From contig NZ_JHXR01000033.1 of assembly GCF_000621645.1 (NCBI RefSeq), positions 1 through 19,187 of the forward strand: a stretch of DNA of 19,187 bases, in the 5' to 3' direction. Origin of the DNA: Vibrio cholerae ATCC 14035 (GTDB lineage: Bacteria > Pseudomonadota > Gammaproteobacteria > Enterobacterales > Vibrionaceae). This document shows, piece by piece, positions 15,304 to 19,187 of the stretch; positions within the stretch are counted from its first letter, which is position 1, and the number at the start of each line of letters is the position of its first letter. Under the pieces are notes generated by a model. It was given only the letters and a program-made list of their open reading frames with translations, was not told the DNA's origin and did no database searches. Both the position numbers and the translations under genes were made by a program.

Positions 15304-15319
15304 GCATTCTTCATGACTG

Positions 15320-15348
15320 ACCGGCTGAGTGTGGTGCGCTAAGCCGGT
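15320..15348 (+). terminator. Weak hairpin after the decarboxylase gene
   Basis: 7-bp stem accggct (15320..15326) / agccggt (15342..15348) with a 15-nt loop, followed by only two T. Confidence 0.25.
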
Positions 15349-15467
15349 TGGGATCTGTAACACAATGTAAGTACTCGGCCTGCAACTGTAAGAGTTAGTA
15401 AAGAGAAGCTGTGCTAAAGTCGCAGTTGGTTATACTGCTTGCTTAGTATTTTATTGGGGGACACGTT

Positions 15468-16637
15468 ATGACCAGCACCAAGTTTCTCGTCAGGTTTTCA
15501 ATGGCTTGTATGGCATTTGTGCCAACGTTAGGTTTTTCCGCTTTGACCGTCGTACCCGAGCCGCCACAATTGGCCGCTAACGGTTATGTTCTAATCGATT
15601 TCCATACAGGTAAAGTTCTGGTCGAACACAACGCACATCAAAAACTCAATCCGGCCAGCTTAACCAAACTCATGACCTCGTACGTCGCAGGACAAGAGAT
15701 GAAGCGTGGCAATATCCATGCGGATGACCAAGTGCGGATCAGCAATAACGCATGGGCCAAGAAATTTCCAGATTCATCAAAAATGTTCATTGAAGTGGGC
15801 ACTTACGTCAATTTGATGGATCTTTACCGCGGCTTGATCGTGCAATCAGGGAATGATGCCAGTGTGGCGATTGCCGAGCATGTCGCTGGATCGGAAGGGG
15901 CGTTTGTGAGTCTAATGAACTCGTGGGCGCAGCAATTGGGGATGAACAATAGCTCGTTTGCTAACCCTCACGGGCTGGATAATCCCGCTCTGTACAGCAC
16001 ACCCTATGACATTGCGTTACTGGGCCGTGCGATTATTCGCGATCTACCGGAAATCTACCCGCTGTACAGTGAGCTTTCATTTACTTACAACGGCATCACT
16101 CAACACAACCGTAATGGTCTGCTGCGCGATCGCAGTATGAATGTTGACGGCATGAAAACAGGTTACACCAGTGGTGCGGGATATAGCTTAGCCAGCTCGG
16201 CCACCAGTGGCGAGATGCGCCTCATTTCAGTGGTGATGGGGTCAAAAAGCGTGAAGAGTCGTGAGGCAGAAAGTAAACAACTGCTCAGTTATGGTTTCCG
16301 TTTTTACGAAACGGTGACACCACATCAAAAAGACACGGTGATCCAGAATCAGCGTCTCTGGTATGGAGATAAAAACGAAGTGGCGTTGGGCAGTGCTGAT
16401 ACTGTCTACTTAACACTGCCGCGCAGCGACGTGAAAAAACTCAATGCTGTGATCCAATTGGATCAAAACCTCGAAGCGCCGATCGCCAAAGGTGATGTAG
16501 TAGGCTCGATTTTCTACTACATTGATGAAGAAAAGGTCGGCGAGGCCAAATTGGTTAGCCAAGAATCTGTCGAACAGGGCGGGATCTTTAAACGTCTGAT
16601 GGATTGGTTCAAGCTGCTCTTCTCTGGTTGGTTTTGA
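15468..16637 (+). CDS. dacA: D-alanyl-D-alanine carboxypeptidase (PBP5/6 family)
   Basis: Signal peptide, SxxK (ASLTKLMT), SxN (QSGNDA), KTG (MKTGYT), and a C-terminal amphipathic anchor GIFKRLMDWFKLLFSGWF. Confidence 0.95.
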   Translation: MTSTKFLVRFSMACMAFVPTLGFSALTVVPEPPQLAANGYVLIDFHTGKVLVEHNAHQKLNPASLTKLMTSYVAGQEMKRGNIHADDQVRISNNAWAKKFPDSSKMFIEVGTYVNLMDLYRGLIVQSGNDASVAIAEHVAGSEGAFVSLMNSWAQQLGMNNSSFANPHGLDNPALYSTPYDIALLGRAIIRDLPEIYPLYSELSFTYNGITQHNRNGLLRDRSMNVDGMKTGYTSGAGYSLASSATSGEMRLISVVMGSKSVKSREAESKQLLSYGFRFYETVTPHQKDTVIQNQRLWYGDKNEVALGSADTVYLTLPRSDVKKLNAVIQLDQNLEAPIAKGDVVGSIFYYIDEEKVGEAKLVSQESVEQGGIFKRLMDWFKLLFSGWF

Positions 16638-16680
16638 TCGCAGTCTTTGGTCAATTACCCTTATCGATAGTATTCTCACT

Positions 16681-16708
16681 ACAAACTGGGATTTTGATCT
16701 CAGTTTGT
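16681..16708. repeat. 28-bp near-perfect inverted repeat between dacA and the HTH gene
   Basis: acaaactggga (16681..16691), ttttga, tctcagtttgt (16698..16708). The arms are complementary at 10/11 positions. It starts 44 bp after the dacA stop and ends 107 bp before ATG 16815. No U-run follows. Confidence 0.5.
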
Positions 16709-16814
16709 GGTTCGATGATCAACACACATCGCAAACTCACACCAGATTGACACGTTGCTCTAAAAATTCTGGCATGGTATCGGCCATTCGCAACAACGAC
16801 GAGGAGAGGCAGAA

Positions 16815-17162
16815 ATGGAACTGAACCAAGAAGACCGTAAGGCACTGTACGACGTCTGGATGACTAAGAAAGCCAAAATGCACATGACTCAGATGGAGAT
16901 GACTAAGCGCCTTGGTGTGAGTCAGGGAGAGTTTTCGGAGCTACTGCGTGGTGATGCGCCGCTGTCTATGTCTTTCGTCAGTCGTTTTTGCCAGCACCTC
17001 CATGTTGAGCCGCACAACGTATTACCTACGCTAAAACGCAAAACTCGCTCTGGTGAAAAGCTTGTGCATCTGCAAAACCGCGTTACCGTCGATGGGGATA
17101 TTAAACGTGTTTATGTCGAAGGAAATCAGGTGATCATCGAGTACACCCATCTCGCCAAATAA
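16815..17162 (+). CDS. Small HTH (Cro/CI-XRE-like) DNA-binding protein, 115 aa
   Basis: GAGGAGAGG lies 5 nt upstream of the ATG. Helix-turn-helix-like segment MTQMEMTKRLGVSQGEFSELLRG. A terminator follows. Confidence 0.75.
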   Translation: MELNQEDRKALYDVWMTKKAKMHMTQMEMTKRLGVSQGEFSELLRGDAPLSMSFVSRFCQHLHVEPHNVLPTLKRKTRSGEKLVHLQNRVTVDGDIKRVYVEGNQVIIEYTHLAK

Positions 17163-17218
17163 CCTGACTGGTTAAGGGCTCGCTCCTCACGGTTGGCTTT
17201 ATAGATACTCTCTCATCC

Positions 17219-17246
17219 AGTGGCAGTAAAAGATCTGCCACTTTTT
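17219..17246 (+). terminator. Rho-independent terminator between convergent genes
   Basis: 8-bp stem agtggcag (17219..17226) / ctgccact (17235..17242) with an 8-nt loop. The T-run extends to 17246. Confidence 0.65.
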
Positions 17247-17256
17247 ATCGATAGAC

Positions 17257-17691
17257 TTACAATTCCGCGTAACGATACAAGAGTTCGGTCAACTGGGTTG
17301 ACCATGCCAGAGCGTTTTCTGGTTGTGTCGCGATCAGTTTTTCTACTTCCGCACAATGGGTTTCTAAATCCACACTCTGCTCTAAATGAAAGGCAATGGC
17401 ATAAAAGTGCCACATCAAAAGGCGTGTCATGCGCTGGGTATTTTGCATCGCTTGATCTGAGCCTTCAAACATCGCAGGTAGCTGGCCTAAAGCGATCGCG
17501 TGCATTTTCACCATTGCATCAATATGTGCCATGTGTGCTTTTTCTTCGCCTTCAAATTCTTCATCATCAAAGCGGTACAACTCGCGTAAAGTCTCTTCGC
17601 TGATCAAACGGTGCAAAATGCGCAAACTGAATTCGGTTAGCTCTTGTTTATCCATTGCACGCAGGCATTGATAAGTGTAGTCACGCTCCAT
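17257..17691 (-). CDS. Hypothetical helical protein, about 144 aa
   Basis: The track ORF is 17257..17760 from a TTG start. I prefer ATG 17691..17689 (MERDYTYQCL...), which has AGAAGAG about 8 nt upstream. I recognise no motif. The composition suggests an all-alpha protein. Confidence 0.6.
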   Translation of the reverse strand: MERDYTYQCLRAMDKQELTEFSLRILHRLISEETLRELYRFDDEEFEGEEKAHMAHIDAMVKMHAIALGQLPAMFEGSDQAMQNTQRMTRLLMWHFYAIAFHLEQSVDLETHCAEVEKLIATQPENALAWSTQLTELLYRYAEL

Positions 17692-17907
17692 GGCATTACT
17701 CTTCTTTGGGTCATAACAGGAGGCGACATTGTAAAGAGTTTTTGAGTGAGTGCCAGTCAATCTTATTTGAGTAAGTTGTCGATTACATTCGGCCGTGATG
17801 AGTTTCTAGAATCTTATATTCCGAACATATTCATTTTGTCTACCAATACTATTCTGCATCATGTCAAACCTAAACCATGATTCAATCAACCAGTTAAGTG
17901 AGGGACT

Positions 17908-18627
17908 ATGAAAAAGACAACGTGGGTATTAGCGATGGTAGCCAGTATGAGCTTCGGCGTACAGGCTTCCGAGTGGGGGTATGAAGGAGAGCATGCTCCG
18001 GAGCATTGGGGCAAAGTTGCCCCTCTTTGCGCAGAGGGTAAAAATCAAAGCCCGATTGATGTCGCGCAAAGCGTAGAAGCGGATCTACAGCCTTTCACGC
18101 TCAATTATCAAGGGCAAGTGGTTGGGCTGCTCAATAACGGGCACACTTTACAAGCGATAGTCCGTGGTAATAACCCACTGCAGATCGATGGCAAAACGTT
18201 TCAGCTTAAGCAGTTTCATTTTCATACCCCTTCTGAAAATTTGCTAAAAGGAAAACAATTCCCACTGGAAGCGCATTTTGTTCATGCCGACGAGCAAGGC
18301 AATCTGGCGGTTGTTGCGGTGATGTACCAAGTGGGGTCGGAAAATCCGCTGCTTAAGGTTCTCACGGCGGATATGCCGACCAAAGGGAATTCGACTCAGC
18401 TCACGCAAGGGATCCCTTTGGCTGATTGGATCCCAGAATCGAAGCACTACTATCGTTTCAATGGTTCATTGACTACGCCGCCTTGCAGTGAAGGTGTACG
18501 TTGGATTGTGTTAAAAGAGCCAGCACATTTGTCGAATCAACAAGAGCAGCAGCTTAGTGCCGTGATGGGACACAATAATCGACCCGTACAACCGCATAAT
18601 GCTCGTCTTGTCTTGCAAGCCGACTAA
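17908..18627 (+). CDS. Periplasmic alpha-class carbonic anhydrase
   Basis: Signal peptide MKKTTWVLAMVASMSFGVQA. Alpha-CA hallmarks SEWGYEGEHAPEHWG, the zinc His triad in QFHFHTPSE...EAHFVH, and GSLTTPPCSEGVRWIVL. GAGGGA lies upstream of the ATG. I recognise it as VchCA-like, from memory. Confidence 0.95.
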   Translation: MKKTTWVLAMVASMSFGVQASEWGYEGEHAPEHWGKVAPLCAEGKNQSPIDVAQSVEADLQPFTLNYQGQVVGLLNNGHTLQAIVRGNNPLQIDGKTFQLKQFHFHTPSENLLKGKQFPLEAHFVHADEQGNLAVVAVMYQVGSENPLLKVLTADMPTKGNSTQLTQGIPLADWIPESKHYYRFNGSLTTPPCSEGVRWIVLKEPAHLSNQQEQQLSAVMGHNNRPVQPHNARLVLQAD

Positions 18628-18646
18628 ATACAAGGCTTAGCAGGCA

Positions 18647-18672
18647 TAAAAAATGGCGTCCAAGAGGACGCC
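18647..18672 (-). terminator. Rho-independent terminator oriented for the minus strand, just beyond the carbonic anhydrase stop
   Basis: Stem ggcgtcc (18655..18661) / ggacgcc (18666..18672) with loop aaga. On the minus strand the stem is followed by ATTTTTTA (complement of 18647..18654). On the + strand it is followed by AAAACC, so it is a poor terminator for the CA gene. Confidence 0.55.
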
Positions 18673-18856
18673 AAAACCTTCGCAGAAATTAAATTCACAG
18701 AAGTTAAATTGGGACGAGAAAAGTCTCACAACAGCGATGATAAGCCGTGTGGCTGGTCATCCTTTACTGCCGCCTGTCAACGTTAACTTTGTGATTTGAC
18801 GAGAAGATGTCTGTTTTGCTGCGATTTGATGACGTCTCGAAAAAAGCTATAAAAAT

Positions 18857-18903
18857 CCGCCTTCTTAGAAGGCGGTTTTAATATAAGCCCCCTAAAAGGG
18901 GGC
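18857..18903. other. Two subterminal hairpins downstream of tnpA, probably IS end structures or a terminator
   Basis: ccgccttc-tta-gaaggcgg (18857..18875) is flanked by A/T runs on both sides, so it looks bidirectional. gccccc-taaaa-gggggc lies at 18887..18903. IS200/IS605 elements carry subterminal hairpins recognised by TnpA. Confidence 0.5.
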
Positions 18904-18913
18904 CACGACGCTG

Positions 18914-19187
18914 TTAGTCTCTCAATAACTCTAACTGCTGCTCTTGCTCAAGCTCTTTTTTGTCTTGATGCCGTACATACCGTCTAATGATTTCTTCATT
19001 TACACCTACCGTATCCACAAAATAGCCTCGCGCCCAAAAATGATTTCCCCATAACTTTTTCCTGATATGTGGAAACTTGTTGAATAGCCTAATTGCACTC
19101 CTACCCTTTAAAACTCCCATCAACGTCGAAATCGATACTTTGGGCGGAATTATCGCAACTAAGTGGACATGATCTGGCTGAACATTG
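18914..19187 (-). CDS. tnpA: IS200/IS605-family Y1 transposase TnpA, with its 5' end outside the window
   Basis: Own extension of the track ORF to the window edge gives NVQPDHVHLVAIIPPKVSISTLMGVLKGRSAIRLFNKFPHIRKKLWGNHFWARGYFVDTVGVNEEIIRRYVRHQ.... The HUH motif (HVH) and catalytic Tyr context (RRYVRHQ) are present. Confidence 0.93.
   Translation of the reverse strand, partial: NVQPDHVHLVAIIPPKVSISTLMGVLKGRSAIRLFNKFPHIRKKLWGNHFWARGYFVDTVGVNEEIIRRYVRHQDKKELEQEQQLELLRD

Larger units (their letters stand above)
18857..19187 (-). mobile_element. IS200/IS605-family insertion sequence (IS1004-like), truncated by the window edge. The left boundary is approximate.
   Basis: It contains the Y1 (HUH) transposase gene and the terminal hairpins. 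The exact end cannot be fixed without the other end or a reference copy. Confidence 0.7.

Noticed and set aside
11932-15363. Antisense ORFs inside the chemoreceptor and decarboxylase genes (11932..12414 at 160 aa, 12954..13259, 13097..13318, 14253..14520, 14747..15175 at 142 aa, 15175..15363)
   Set aside because: They lie opposite strongly supported genes and have Arg/Ser/Cys-rich composition and no motifs or translation signals.
17220-17603. 127-aa plus-strand ORF antisense to the helical hypothetical gene
   Set aside because: It begins inside the terminator hairpin, has no SD and has low-complexity composition. The minus-strand ORF has the more protein-like sequence. Neither has a recognised family, so this rejection is moderate rather than absolute.
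18673-18856. Possible attC/VCR integron repeat or CRISPR-like repeats near the IS element
   Set aside because: There is no VCR-like roughly 120-bp imperfect palindrome with conserved ends and no regularly spaced repeats. Only a short imperfect direct repeat is present.

Overview
This window looks like Vibrio cholerae small-chromosome DNA. I recognise an alpha-carbonic anhydrase (VchCA-like), an IS200/IS605-family (IS1004-type) transposase cut by the right edge, a PBP5/6-type D,D-carboxypeptidase, and a periplasmic copper-tolerance gene pair resembling VCA0261-0260. The organism and locus assignments are from memory and unverified. Gene order, left to right:
- A minus-strand two-component module: sensor kinase, OmpR-family regulator, exported 276-aa protein, and a large secreted protein open at the left edge.
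- A cupin gene broken by an in-frame amber codon.
- A copper operon of a Cys/His/Met-rich exported protein and a His/Met-rich cupredoxin, behind a MerR/CueR-style promoter with a 19-bp spacer.
- A MerR-HTH::SAM-methyltransferase fusion followed by a GNAT acetyltransferase.
- A very acidic 126-aa CxxC protein.
- A divergent AraC regulator and MFS transporter pair.
- A dCache chemoreceptor followed 15 bp later by a group II PLP decarboxylase.
- dacA, a small HTH protein, a convergent helical hypothetical protein, the alpha-CA, and the IS end.

I saw no rRNA, tRNA, CRISPR array or attC/VCR repeats.

The most interesting signals:
- A promoter/operator module (TTGACA-N5-ATTACA-N19-TACTAT) occurs twice, in front of the two-component operon and the cupin gene.
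- The four-gene two-component module appears uncharacterised, and its first three genes are joined by ATGA overlaps.
- The cupin gene carries an in-frame amber stop.
- Two MerR-type promoters with 19-bp spacers are present.
- An amino-acid-type chemoreceptor is tightly linked to the decarboxylase.

All functional calls rest on motif recognition by eye. No database search was run.
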